The notes beneath the pieces were generated by a model that saw only the letters and a list, made by a program, of their open reading frames with translations, was not told the DNA's origin and ran no database searches. DNA of 59,411 bases, filler included. It is 4 parts of 4 records of this genome, joined end to end, with 100 filler letters (N's around TTAATTAATTAA, not from the genome) between each part and the next. Parts side by side here need not be neighbours in the genome. Positions count along the whole stretch, not along the records: positions 14,128 to 33,755 come from SRR20825019_2884; 3 more parts are not named here. One strand, written 5' to 3'. The translations under genes were made by a program, and so were the position numbers. How positions within the stretch are numbered: position 1 is the first letter of the stretch; each line of letters begins with the position of its first letter. Positions 21,001-33,755 of the stretch are shown here, in pieces.

Positions 21001-21573
21001 GGATCATTCCTTAACCTCCGCAATGTTCCACTGGAGTACGTGAAGTTCGTTTGCATGATTTTGTCCTTGGATGGGATCGTTGGGAATGAGGTGACTCTAC
21101 TTCGTCGCCAACTGCTGCGCTTGGTCAATATTCGCGAGTTTGATCCAGATGCTCAGTTCCAGAATCCTTGCATGTCCTTCACTTTGCCGGACGTAATATG
21201 CAAGCGCTGCGGCTACTGTCGGGACATCGATCTGTGCCGTGACGAGGACGGTCTCGTGTGCACCCTGTGCGAAACACCATATACCAAGTCCGATGTTGAG
21301 AACGAACTAGTTGATATTGTGCAGCGCCTGCAGGTCTCTTACCAGCTGCAAGATCTGGTGTGTGTTAAGTGCCACGGTGTTAAGACCGAGTCTTACAACA
21401 CATACTGCAAATGTTCCGGCCGATATGCCAACCGTGAGGATGCCACCAAGCTCCACAAGCGCTTCAACGTTCTCTCGTCGGTGTCGCAGTTCCACTCGTT
21501 CAAGTACCTCGGCGATATTCTGAGCTCCCTTCAAAATGATGCGGACAGCGACTCATTGGTTCAGATCGCATGA
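15049..21573 (+). CDS. POLE: Eukaryotic DNA polymerase epsilon catalytic subunit A; join(15049..19032,19088..19189,19240..21573), ~2139 aa
   Basis: Exo I LAFDIETTK, YNGDFFDWPF, SQGLKAV, YHLDVSAMYPNII, CAACDHNKPGAECQR, HKCILNSFYGY, LELDTDGIW; C-terminal CxxC...CxxC clusters. Introns GTATGT..TACTAAC..TAG (19033-19087) and GTGGGT..CAG (19190-19239) keep the frame. Confidence 0.97.
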
Positions 21574-21739
21574 CTAGACCCCATCTCTTGAGGCAAAACA
21601 CTCTTTCTTGGTCAACCTGTCCACATCCCATGGTTATCATTGTACGTAAACCACCGGCCAGACCATCATGCTGTATTTTGTGCTTTACTATGCTCCATGA
21701 TCGCGCACTGCATCCATGGCACAGTAACGTTTGCATCTA

Positions 21740-22848
21740 CTAATTCAGGGGTGTTGTCTTGACATTGCCCTTGGATGTCCACACCAGCGAATACTGAAGA
21801 AGAGAATACTCATCAATCGCCACAAAATCACCTATTCTATGATCCACCTACTTTAGTTCCGTCGGGGTTGTAGATGCGGCCCTGGTCAAACGGCTCACCG
21901 TCCTTAAAGTTGCCCTCGTAGACAGTGCCGCTTTTGAAGTGGAGGATTCCCCTCCCATGCCTAGGAAGAAACTAAGCTGTGTCTATGCTTCATCATCAGG
22001 CATGCTCACCTGATCCCCTTCCTGAACTCGCCTGCGTATTTTTCACCATTCCACTTGCGAAAAACTCCTTCGCCATTAAAGACGTCGTCATACCATTGCC
22101 CTACAGCAGGTAAGACCCCACAGCTAGTATAATTGGAAATACCATGCTATACCTTCGTAGTAACTGTTGTTCTCAAAACGCCCCACACCGAACCCTGATC
22201 TCTTCCCACCGCGCCACTCCCCCCGATACAGCGCCTTGTCAATATTCATCGCGTTCGCAACGTCCCCAATGGTCCTCAAGCTCTTCAGGTCAAGTCTTTC
22301 CGCGTGCTTCCGCGCTATGAGAGCACCCTCACCATTGCGGAGCCCACCGGCAAACTGACCGATGTACGCTTTTCCAGAGACTGGATCAAACGTGCTACCC
22401 TACACAATCGAACGCTTCTTTGTCAACGAAGCACACCAACCTGTTTCATAGACTCACGTAGCCATGGAGGCGACCGTCCCGGTATTGTCCCCAGTTCGTT
22501 TCTCCGGTCGGGTATTGAAGTACGCCTTCGCCATTTGGAAGACTGCGGTCCCACTGTCCACTATATGTCGAGCCCTTTAGAGGCCCTGGCCAGAAGCACC
22601 AGTCAGAGGAAGTCAAAACCGCAACTTTGAACCGGCGTACCTTGCGTCCATGTGTATTCGCCATAGCCATGCAACTGGCCTGTGTTGTGGTCAATGTGCC
22701 CAACATAACTTTAACAACCATGTCAGCACACAGAAATTGTAACACCCCCTTCAGATTCATACTTTCCGTCGTCAAACGTTCTCGAGTAGACAGGCATTCT
22801 GTCCTGTAGCTGTCGCTCGGAGCGGATTCCACCGCGAACGTGCTGCAT
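21740..22848 (-). CDS. MORN-repeat protein, multi-exon; 5' end uncertain
   Basis: Splicing GT-AG introns 22709-22762, 22586-22640, 22400-22457, 22101-22152, 21961-22009 (and probably 21794-21851) gives repeated YxGxWxxxxxxGxG units: YSGQWDRSLPNGEG, YIGQFAGGLRNGEG, YRGEWRGGKRSGFG, YEGQWYDDVFNGEG, YAGEFRKGIRHGRG. Confidence 0.88.
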
Positions 22849-23780
22849 GACTGAACTTCCTCTTTCCTCTTTCCGCTTCCTGTCTCCATAATATATAGTG
22901 ACTTTGAGAAGTTCCTACCATGTCACGAGCATGATCCAATTGGGTGTTACGGGCTGCTGTTCGTCCTAAACCGGGTCGCTTAGAGGTTATAGCCCGGCAG
23001 GTCACGGGCACAAGACGGCTGCGAAGCACTGGGTGCTGCCTGTGCGACACCCGACAGGGGCAACTGGCAAGGCGACTCCGCCAGCAGCCGATGACTCGGC
23101 CCCCTGACGACCCCACGGGTCATCGTCATCATCAGTCATCCGGCTCGGCGCCGCCGGCCACCCCCCGCCGCAGATCGTCGCACCCAGCGTGGTGCTCTGA
23201 TGAGAATCCTTGAGGAGGCGGCCGCTTCAAATTTTTCACCATTGCGGTTTCGAGGAGGATCATTATTTGAGATTGCGATCTCGCAGTGATCTGAAGGGTG
23301 AAACGCCTGGGCGAGCGGCTGGGCGGCGCAGCCGCACGGCCGGGGCGGCTGCCCGGCTCGACCGGCCAGACGGCAGAGCGTCCCTTGTTGATTGAGCAGT
23401 GGATGGTCTTCTCCCACTGTTTGGTTATCACGGAAGTGCGCGCGAACGACCGGTGTCGGAGCACGGCGTTCGGTACCGCCGCCCCCAAGTGGCCGGCCGG
23501 GTCGCCAGTGGCCACCCCTGAAGCGGGACTCTTGCGACGGTTGGTGGCAAGGTCGTCTGTTTGGGTGGGCTCCGTTGTGTCGGGAACGATAGTCGCGATT
23601 GACCACTAAGGATGAACAGCACCCATACGTTGTACTCTTCGGTTGTCAGCTTTTACCCCCCTTTCCCATTTCTGGGTTCTTGCCCGAAGCAGGCCACCTT
23701 CCTGTCTGAAGTGGCATGATCAACTCCGAGGGAGTCACTCGCTATGGCAGGCTTTGTATATGTTCGGGTAATGATTCTAG

Positions 23781-26589
23781 CCAGTAGTATGGGCTCCAGG
23801 AACTCTTGTCAACATGAGGAACCGTAGGCACAAGAAGGATCCTGGGTACAAGATTAGGACCTTCAAGGGTGAGCTCTTTGCCGTTTGTAGAAATGCGTGG
23901 CTGACTTCAATATCAGCCTTGGTCAACCTTCCGCGAGAGAAGCCAGGAGACCTCATTAAGCGAGAGTTGCTGCGGCGGAGACTGCTAGAGTTGGAGAGGC
24001 TTCGACAGGAACGCGAGCGGAGGCTAAGGGTATTGATGTTTTTTAACTGTTTCAGTCAATTGCTGATATGGTTTATGAAGGCTGTGAGGGAGGCACTTGC
24101 ACCTCATGACCCCCATGACGTTGTGGATCAAATTAGAACAGCGGCGGCAGAGTTTCGGCCATACACGATCTTGATGAGTGGGCCGCGAACCCGCCATTTC
24201 ATAGCAGCGATTGCGGAGTTTATGCGCGGTGACGACATAGATATTTCTGTGATGATTGTTCCATGTACGTGCCTGTTGAAATATGCTCAAGAGGCAGAAT
24301 GCTGACGAAGATCACTGTAGGCTGGGGAAAGCAGAACATCACCTTCATCAACCATGTGTCGCGTGTTCATGACTGCCTTCCATATGAAATCCGGGAGCAC
24401 GATGCACAGGTAAATGGCCGCTCAACACATCTGAACGTTTGACTGAACAAAATGACAGATAATCGCCAAGACGGCAGCCTCAGGCGCACAAGCCTCTGGA
24501 ATCAACCTTGTCCTCTTAGATTTGCAGGGGGCCCTAGATGATACGGTAGTATCTGTCATCCGGACACTAACAATGTCACTCCGTGTCAGTCAGCCAGACC
24601 TGCACCTGCGCTTTGAGGTACCTGATCAAGACGACGAGAACGCCCAGGAGGCGAGGTTACCACCAGAAATACATGAAGTGTATGCAGGAGATAGCAAATT
24701 CAACCTTTTTGTTCACAAGATAGACTGTGATCCACGGCCGAAAAAGGAACTCCACAAGGACAGTGATGAAGAAGAGGAAGAGGAGGAAGAGGAGGTCAAG
24801 ATACCGAAACCTCAGTATTTGAAGCCACAAAGCAAGATGAGGCGCCAGCCTTCCTTGAGTTCTTTGGGACCTATGGCGGTGACTGAATTGAGTACCATGA
24901 AAGCACCTAGCGCGAAGCGAATGGCCAGTGGAACTGGAACAATTAAGAGTGTCAAAAGTGATGGAAATAGTAGTAGACGCGGAAGTCGGGGAAGCTCTAG
25001 AGGTGCTACGCCAACCGCGGTGCCTAAGCCAAAGTCAAAACCCAAATCCAATGCGAAGATCACAGCAAGTCAAAGGAAACAAGCCTTTGAACGGAAAAAG
25101 AAACTCACACGAAGGATATCCCAGAGTTCTGACCTCTTTAAGTTCCTCATATCTGATCCGGCCCCGCAATTTTTGGCAACTATACCTGAGCCGAGCGGAA
25201 GCAATCAGAGGAAAGTCACGACCAATACCGGATTTGAAGATAGTCATCTCTCACAGCTGACCAATATGTTGACAAAGACATTTGAGACCGAGGAGGAAAC
25301 GAGCGTTCTCCCGCCAGACAATCGTTTTCAAATGACACTTGATGGAAAGGACCGTCTCACCTTCACCCGAAAGGATAAAGGGAGCGAGGAGCCATTGTGG
25401 ATCCCCCCGCCAACCAGGATGTGGGAGTATGATGTAATTCAGTCTAACGAGGTGAGTCTGCTCTTTTGATCACGTGTATAAAATGTCTCAAACGCATATA
25501 TAGGAGAAGCATTGCGTTGATGGCGAGGAGGGCCATACTGTCAAATTGGAATCAAGAAGGCCAAGAAGGCTTCGCATATCAACTGCAAACGCAACCCAGT
25601 GGAGGGGAGCTGGCGATGTTTCGGACCAGCATCCTGGTAGCAAGGCTTCTCCGGAAAGTCGAGTATCTTATTTCTTTGGTCAAGCTCCTGTTGAAGTTGG
25701 TTCGTCACTTTATCGTCGAGAATGGAAGAAAGCTGAGGATGGAACACCCATTTCCACAGTGGTGTCTGCCAATGAGGTGAAATCTCCTCATGCTAAACCC
25801 CGGAAGAATGATACAATCAAGAAGATTACAAAGATTATCCGGTTGCCTTCAAGAGAAGTCATCGATGACGATAATCTCACAGGTCTTTCGATTGACATTC
25901 GGAATATTCTTCCTTCGCCCCCACCTCCGCATGATGATGATATTGATGGCCGCCTGAGCAGCATTGCAGAGAGCGATCTACCCGAAGATGAAACAGTTGC
26001 GGCTGACTTGTCTCAATACGCACCATCGGTAAAACAAGGGCCAAATTCCCGGGCCAATTCGGTGAAGCCACCCGCCTCTCGGGGTGGCCTTGATATCCCA
26101 AGGCCACCTGGCTCTGCATTGGGCGGGGCATCGGAGTTTGGAGAGAAGAAGGGACGCGTGGCACCATCTGTAAAGCCCGGAAACGACTCTCGGCCCAGTA
26201 CAGCACGGCCCTCTCGAGCACTATCTAAGGCCCCGGGGTCAAGAGGTGGGGGTGACGTTCCAAGGCCCCCAAACTCAAAACCCAGCTCCAGGGCTGGTGA
26301 TTCCGCGTTCACGCCCTTGGACTTCAACAGGAAGGAAGAATCAGGAACTGGAGCTAACACTCCGAGGAGCAGCTCGGTGTCCGGAACTCCTTTTGCTCCA
26401 AGCACTGGAGCAGGGGGACTGGCGATTGGTGGTCTCCGCAGCTTCCGAACGGTTTCAACCAGTGGGCGGGGAGGAAAAGAGTTTATGTTTATGGGTAAGC
26501 CAGCCAGTGTGTGGATGGCGTCAGCTTCCCTAGCGCCGAGACGTCCACGGCTTCGTGGATGGATTCCTGATCCCAATGTCGAGATCTAG
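23781..26589 (+). CDS. Multi-exon hypothetical eukaryotic protein with long disordered S/P/K/R-rich C-terminal part; true start unresolved
   Basis: Consecutive ORFs 23814-24305, 24522-25469 and 25546-26589 flanked by GTGAGC/GTACGT/GTAAAT/GTGAGT donors and YAG acceptors; no recognisable domain. Confidence 0.55.
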
Positions 26590-27141
26590 AGCAGAGAGAG
26601 AACAATATGACATATGATTAGGAAATTTCCGATTGGGGCTGTGATTATATTCTAAACACACGGGGTAGTCCAGATCGATTAGGACATGATCATAATCGAG
26701 GATAGCCAAGCAATCGTTTTTTTTCAAAACATGGCCGTTTTGAACCTTGACATGATCAAAGCTCACGCCCTATGACTCCCACAACGCCTGGGCAAGATCA
26801 AGGCTGCCCTGCCCGTGCACCCGATCATCGGTGTTGCTGATGAAACTGGCAGCCGCTGGCCGGCCCACGGCTTCTGCGGTCGCGTCATCGTGTACTACTA
26901 ACTAGGACCAGCAGCAGCCGTTCAATGACCACAACACGGCCGGGAGACGGCACTAGTTGGCCGGCCGGCCCGTCCTTGGGCGACCATCCAGGTGGATACA
27001 GTGATACATAAATCTGCGCCTTTCAATACAACTACACTTGAAGCTTGCGGTCTGCAACTGTTATCATCTACCAAGCTATATCAACGCTTGTTTAGTGGTT
27101 AGGTTATTTCAGGTGGGAGGGTACTGAGATAGGCAGTCACC

Positions 27142-29827
27142 ATGGATGATATCAACAATGTGGACGAGATGAACGATCTCAACGATGACTATGAACCGCC
27201 CCAGCTACTTAATCCAGCTCATGAACTTCTTGAGCGTGTGCAAAAGGCCCTCACAGAGCAGCTGTCGAAGGGTAATGACCGAGTATCTGCTGAGCTGAGG
27301 GAACAGAAAGAGGCTCTCCGAAAGGCCAAAGTGTCCAAGGAGAACGTGGGTGTGGAGCTCTATGAGGTCCAGCAACAGCTTGCCAAGCTACAGATGCAGT
27401 TGGAGAAGACTCATGACCACCTCAAGATTCTTATTAATGTGCGCATGGAGTCCGAGGAGGACTTGAAGCAGATTGACTCAGGCTACCAAGAGAGAAAGGC
27501 GGATCTTCACATGCAGAGGCAAAAGCTGGCTAAATTCCAGGCTGAGCTGGATCAGCTCAACTCAACATTAAGGCAGGTAGAACAATACAATGACCAAATG
27601 AAAAGCGAGATTTCCGTTACTCGTCGTGCCACATACAAGGCCGAGGAGAATGTGGTCAACCTGGAGAAGAACAAAAAAAGCCAGGATATTCTGATTGATT
27701 CTTTGAACGAGCAGCTGAAACACCTTCACGAACAGCTTGCCCTGTATGAGGCTCAGTTGGTATCACAGAGGCAGGAGACCAAGGCTGCTGCTGAGACCCT
27801 GGCTGAAGCTGCTGCTGAGATGGACGCCATTAACTTCGAGAAGAAGCAGCTTCTCCAACAGTGGAAGAGTAGCTTGATCGGTATGGCCCGTCGAGACGAG
27901 GCGTTGCAGGCGACTGAAGAGGCTTTGAGAAAGCAAAGGGAGCAGGGTTTGGCGATTGATAACGAGACTGAGGGTTATAAGAAATCGATTAAGAAAGAGC
28001 AGGAGAGAAATGAGCTTTTGACGGGCGTGTTGTCGAAGGTCCAGACGGAGGCCAGCTTCCTTGATAAACAGATTGATGAAATCAAGGAGCGCCGCTACAA
28101 GTTGAACGAGAAGTTTACACTGCTGAAGAAGTCACTAGAGCAAACCGAGAGTGAGATGACGAAGGCACAACAGGTTCATCACATGGTTAAGGGTGAGACC
28201 GCCACCTGTGAGAAGATGATTCAGAAGGTATCTCAAGAAGTTGTGAAAATCGAAGAAACCATTGTAGAGAACTTGTCTACTCAAACCACTATAGAGAAAT
28301 CTGCTCAGAGTACCGCTCAGAGCGCCAAACGTCTCCGTGAGGCTATCCACGATAAGGATATTCAGGCCGGTCAGTTGGAAAACGAGCTTGCGCGTATTCG
28401 TGTGGATGCCCTCAACACGGCGTCTCACAACCAGCAGCTTGAGATTACCTTGAAGGACTTGTTGAAAGAACTCAAGGAGAAGGACACGCTCATTGAAAAA
28501 TACGAGATTGAGATCAAGCGCCGCAATGACCAGATTGAGAAGAAACAGTACGAAGTGGATCGTCTTAATAGGAAGTACGACCAGCTTGTGTCCAATATGG
28601 AGGACGAGAATCTCGGTCCTCTTGAGGCCACGATTTACAACATGACCAAGCAGATTGCCACTAAGGCAGAAGAGAATGCAGAGCACCAGAGGCGGTGGAT
28701 CAAGGACCAGACTGAACTGGTTTCGCTTCAGAATGAGAATCAGCATTTGACGGACAGCACACAGGAGTTGAAGGCCCAGGATATGATTCTTACACAGAAA
28801 AAACTCCGCATTGATAGTGAGTAACACACGGGGTTGTACTTGTGCTGTGCATGATTTCTAATTCTCTTGTTTAGGCGACTTTGTTCAGACTCATGGTGAA
28901 ATGAAGAGCTTGGAGACGGGAGTGAAGAATATGCACACCGAAATGGCCAAGATGAACGAACTCATTTCAAGGAACTCAGCCTTGCAGGAAAAGCTAGCGG
29001 ACGCTAACTTCAATATGGAGACGGAGTTCGTGAAGAAGCTTAAGGAAAAGGAAGATCAAGCCAACGGGATCGAGGGACAAATTGCAAACATCAAACAGCA
29101 GAAGCAAGACATTTTGGAGAATATTGTGGAAGCTGAAAGGCAGATCATGCAGTGGGAAAGGAAGATTCAGTTGGAGAAGGAGACTCAGGCCACTCTGGAT
29201 CCTACCGTGGGTGAAATGGAGGCTCAGAGCATGAGGAATGAGATCCATCGTATGAAGCTTCGCTATGAGCAATTGTTGCGGAAGCAGCAGGTCATGATTG
29301 CCGACATGGAGAAGGCAGTCATGAAGCGTGAGCTTATCGCTACCAAGGGCCGTGCATCAAGCCAGCGCAGCAACGTTGTGACTCAAGCTGATGTGAAGCG
29401 GAAGGTTGATGATCTGTCCAAGAAAATCAAGTTTAAGGAGGGTAATGTGAGGGTATATGACGAGCAGATTAGCCAGTTGGAAGAGCAAAGGGATCGCATT
29501 GTCAACGAGTATAGCCAGGCTAATGATGGTTTGGACGACCTCAAGGGCCAAGAGCAGGAGCAGCAGCAGGATGTGGAGCGCCTGATCGCGGAGAAACACA
29601 AGAACTTGGAGAACATCCACAAATCTCAGCGTATGATCAAGAAATACAATCAACTTGCCGAGGGTAACTATGAAATGGAGAACCCTGATAGTGAGATGCC
29701 TGGACTGATGGAGGACGCACAAAACGTGACTGGCGCTCTTCATGATGTCCTAGACCAGCTGCGTGGTGCAGTGGCTGAAGATGATGTCCGAGTCCGCATA
29801 GAGCGGCTTTTGGGCATGTTCGAGTAG
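27142..29827 (+). CDS. CCDC40: Coiled-coil domain protein 40 (FAP172, axonemal 96-nm ruler); join(27142..28816,28875..29827)
   Basis: GVELYEVQQQLAKLQ, QQWKSSLIGMARRDEAL, EAERQIMQWERKIQLEKE..LDPTVG..EIHRMKLRYEQL; intron GTGAGT..CTAAT..TAG 28817-28874 joins the two ORFs in frame. Confidence 0.9.
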
Positions 29828-30034
29828 TAAATGCGCTTTCATACAACCCGATTTCCTTCGTCTGATCAATGACCGAGAATTGAAGCGTGTTCTTTTGAGT
29901 CTGGTCATCGTGGGAATCGAAACGCAAAGCTGCAAGCCACGTTAGTTCGCAGTATAACTCTAAACTGTAACTGCAAGAATCAAGAGAAGGGCGGGGTGCC
30001 AAGATTTTTTGTGTGACGGAGTTTACTAATAGCA

Positions 30035-31410
30035 CTACTTCTTTCCTGTGATTTCGAAATAGACTCAGTACAATACCCAAGCAACAGGCAAGAACGTACT
30101 CACCCTTTCCTTTCTTTCCTTTCTTTCCTTTCTTGGGTTTGCCTTGTTTTGACTTGAGTAACTTGCGTGTAAGGTAACCGCGCATGATCTTCTGAATCAT
30201 CATGGCCGCGTCGTCGAGCTTCTTCTGCTTCTCGGCCTCGATCGCCATTAGCTTTGCAAACTCCTTCTCCTCAGCCAAACGCTCCTCTTCCAACTTCTTC
30301 TGATCTTCATACCAAGCCTCCAGATCAGTAAGTTGCCTCAACTCCTCGTCGAACGCCGCCTGGAGCATCTCAAGCTCCTTAACCCTTTTCTCCATATCCT
30401 CATCATATTCCCCTATATTATGAGTGAGCACACAGAATGCAGCATTTCAAACATTAAGGTGTACCAATAGTTTGCTGCAGATGCACCTCGGAAAGATACT
30501 TCTTCTTCCGAAGGGACTCTTCATCTTGCCTGTTCGTTCCCGCCTCCTGTTCTAGCAGGTCTGTCAATTGCTTAATCTCTTCAAGCAGTTTGGCCTCGTG
30601 CGCCTGGAACTCTGACAGATCAGCCTCCTCCTGGTTTGTCGTTTCTTTTTTCAACGTCTGAATACAGATTTAGGATACAAAGGTACAAGACAACTGCAAC
30701 AATTTCATCTACCGTGTTATCAAGAGCAGCGGTACTCTTAATCTCTTGAATTTCGTCTTTCAATTTTGTGATCGTTTCATTCCGCATTGACACCGCCTTT
30801 TCACGTTCTCTTTTCTCAGCAGCAAGTTCCCTCTGTAGTGCTTTTACCTCAGCAGACGCTTTCTTTTCACGAGCGGTCAAATCAGACACATAATCCTTCT
30901 GCGCCTTATCTTCCTCCACACTGGTTAGAAGGCGCTGGAAGGTGAGATTCTTGAGCTCCTGTAAGGTCTTCTGGAACTTCTGCAGAGACTTCGAGGTATC
31001 TGTGGAGACACTCCTAAAGAAATCTGCTATCTCCGGATGCTGTTTGAACAACCGACAAATATTTCTAACTGACTGCCGAATGTCGAGACTGTATTCTCGA
31101 ATCTCCTGATTATCCTTAAATACCATCGAACCACCCCTATTATTGCCCCCTCCCGCTGCAGTGATCATATTGTCAAGACGCTCCTCCATTTCCTTGTGCT
31201 CCATGAACTGCTCGGCAACCTGGCTTCCGAAATGGCTACGGATGTGGTCCCTAAGCATGGTATCAGTTATATACTCTTCTTGTTCTATAAGAAAACCTAC
31301 AGGTTGGCCATGGCTTCCGGTGTAAGAAGGCCCAAGTGGTCAAGCTTGATCAGAGACTCCTCCAGAACAAACATGACCCTCTGGGCCTCCACATTTGTCA
31401 ACTTATTCAT
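30035..31410 (-). CDS. IQCD: Dynein regulatory complex subunit 10 (IQCD/DRC10), ~5 exons
   Basis: N-term MNKLTNVEAQRVMFVLEE; VRNICRLF; coiled coil; IGEYDEDM; IQ motif AAMMIQKIMRGYLTRK; tail KKGKKGKKGKGKK after splicing. Confidence 0.85.
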
Positions 31411-32761
31411 GTTGGGCAGTCACCAAGTCTACAGTGTACAAGATTGGGAAATAAGAAAACCCCTCTAATCGTGTACTTCCTCCTAACTTGGCGGGCAAAG
31501 CCGTCTACTCTCCAACACTTGTTTAGTTGATGTACTACAACTTACTTATCTATAGTGAGTGCTCTGTCGGAGTGGTAGCAGTCTCGATGAGCCGTTGTGC
31601 CCCCACTGTGCGCTAAAGTGTACCCTCGCTATGCACTAACGTGTACTCTTGCTATGCGGCCGTTCCACCACCAGCAACTCGAAGTACTCTCCGCCTCGTG
31701 GGCGCTGGCTTTGCCGCCGGTCCGGAGAGGACGGGGGGAGTCGGAGAGGCAGCGCAATGATATGGGCAGGAACAAGCCAGTAAACATGATGATTCAACTC
31801 CCAAGACCGTCCTGACCAGCACGAATCGTGAGCCAATTGAGTAACGCTTGCACGGGGAGGGCCTGTAACGTGAAGCTAGCTGCTGACTGTGCGGGTGGGT
31901 AATGAGACTTCGCAACGAAGCCCATCATTGAACATGCGCCATGCGGGAGCAGGTCATGGAGGCAGGCTATCGGCGATTAGGGAATTCTTTTCAAAAACAC
32001 AAATCCATCCAATCGAGGTAAATCATTATATCGAGATTGAATCAATTTCTGTTTAACGAATATCTGGATAGAATAAGTTTTGAATCACCATAATCGAGTT
32101 AGAAACTTTCTTAATCAAAGTTTGGAATAGTTTACACCTACTCATGCAACCACCTCCGCATGTCGCTGTGTTACTTCAGTAATAGTCTCCACCAGTGCTG
32201 CGATGTTCAGTGTGTAGGTTGTGTGGGCTTCACGTGTGCCCCGGATCACCTTGACCACCTCCAGTCTACTCACGATACCAACCCTCCGGGGGTGTTGCTG
32301 CACCCAGCTACTCATCAACTTACACTCTCCCACCTAGTCCCTTTTGGCATAGTACTGGTTTTGGTGGCTTTGGTAGTCACGGTGACCGCAGCGCCGTATT
32401 TTATATAGGCTTTAAGCAATGAAAAGATTCCCAAGAGCAGGCAACTTGTAGTTGTAAACAGTTTCTGCTGTTCAGGGTCCTGTGCGCGTATTTGTAGCAG
32501 GTGAGGCACGAGTTTTCATGCAGGTGTATTTGTGATTAGGCGTTGGCTGGGTGGTTGGGATGGGCACAGCGTATACTCTTTCAATGAAAACCTTAGCTCT
32601 GGAAGCGGGTAGACTGCGCGAGCTTTGTGTTTTATGTGTTGGTCTTAACTGGGGAAGTGTTTTCTCAGCAAGTGGGGTCTAAGGGTAGATATGGACTAGA
32701 AAGTTTTGGTGATGTGTCGTGATGTGATATGCCTGTCTTGCTGATGCTTGTTATGGATAGG

Positions 32762-33755
32762 ATGAACGGAAAGGCTCTGTTTTTGCTAGCCCTTCTTGGG
32801 GTTGTAGTGTTTGCGGAGGCATCTTTGAAGGGATCTAAGAAAGAAACTCTGAACTTGGCTGAAGGTGACTCTGGTGCCGAGGCTGGTGCCGAGGCTGGTG
32901 CCGATTCTGCTGAGGCTGGTGCCGACGCTGCCGGCGCAGATGATGCTAAGGATGAAAAGAAGGAGGACGATAAGAAGGAAGAGTCTTCTGGTGGTGATGG
33001 TGACTTCAAGGGTGACCAGATTTACGAAGAACTTATGGGACGTGTGAAGTCGCATCATACTGAGCACGAGGAAGTGGTTGCTGCTTATATCAAGCATCTT
33101 CAGGATCAGCACAAGATTGTTGTTGATTTGGTTGAGGACATCAGGCGCCGACAGGAGGAGCTGCGGGCTATTGAGGATAAGCTGGCTGCCCTTTCTCAGC
33201 AGATTTCCAACGTTGAGGATACCGTCAACATTAAGGAGAATACTGAGAAGAAGCTTGAGGGTGAGATGAAGCAGGCCGAAGAGGAGGTGACTGTTATCAA
33301 GAATGAACTCAAGGATGATGATGCTGCGAAGAAGTACGACGTCGAGTCTATTCACGAGGAGTCTGGTTCTGCTGATGACTTGCTCGCCAAGGCCAAGAAA
33401 CTTCAGGAGGAAGAAGCTCGCCTTCGTGAGATTATTGATCGCGAACGCCGTGCCTACAAGAAGATTACAGGCCACTCCCACTCTCTGCCTGAGATGCAGT
33501 TCCCTGACCTTCCCCCAGAGATCGGTAAGCTGCTGCTGTTGATATAATGGTTCTGCAATTCATAATTCGCTTTAGGGCTCAAGTCTGTGCACATTAGCAC
33601 CCGTACCTCTGTTAGTGTGAACAACCTCACTGGCGCTGGCGGCGGCGAGGAAGCCGGACCTGTGCATGTCAACACTGCTACTGGTGGTGCCGGTGGTGCT
33701 GGTGGTGCTGGTGGTGCTGGTGGTGCCGGAGCTGGCGGTCTTCCCGGAGCTGGCG
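32762..33755 (+). CDS. Secreted acidic coiled-coil protein with Gly/Ala-rich segment, 3'-truncated at contig end
   Basis: Signal peptide MNGKALFLLALLGVVVFAEA; AEAG repeats; heptad-rich helix; intron GTAAGC..TAG at ~33525-33575 leads into GGAGGAGGA repeats; strong codon bias. Confidence 0.75.
33682..33735 (+). repeat. Coding 9-nt tandem repeat (GGTGGTGCT/C)n encoding GGA
   Basis: ggtggtgccggtggtgctggtggtgctggtggtgctggtggtgcc. Confidence 0.85.

Noticed and set aside
23180-23312. Hammerhead-like CTGATGAG...GAAAC
   Set aside because: No stem I, cleavage triplet would be GUG, and stem II is not formed next to the core
32142-32410. Small minus-strand ORF downstream of a TATATAAAA box
   Set aside because: Under 65 aa with no recognisable motif; insufficient support
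15049-33755. Alternative genetic code in the eukaryote
   Set aside because: Long exons contain no in-frame stops and genes end in TGA or TAG
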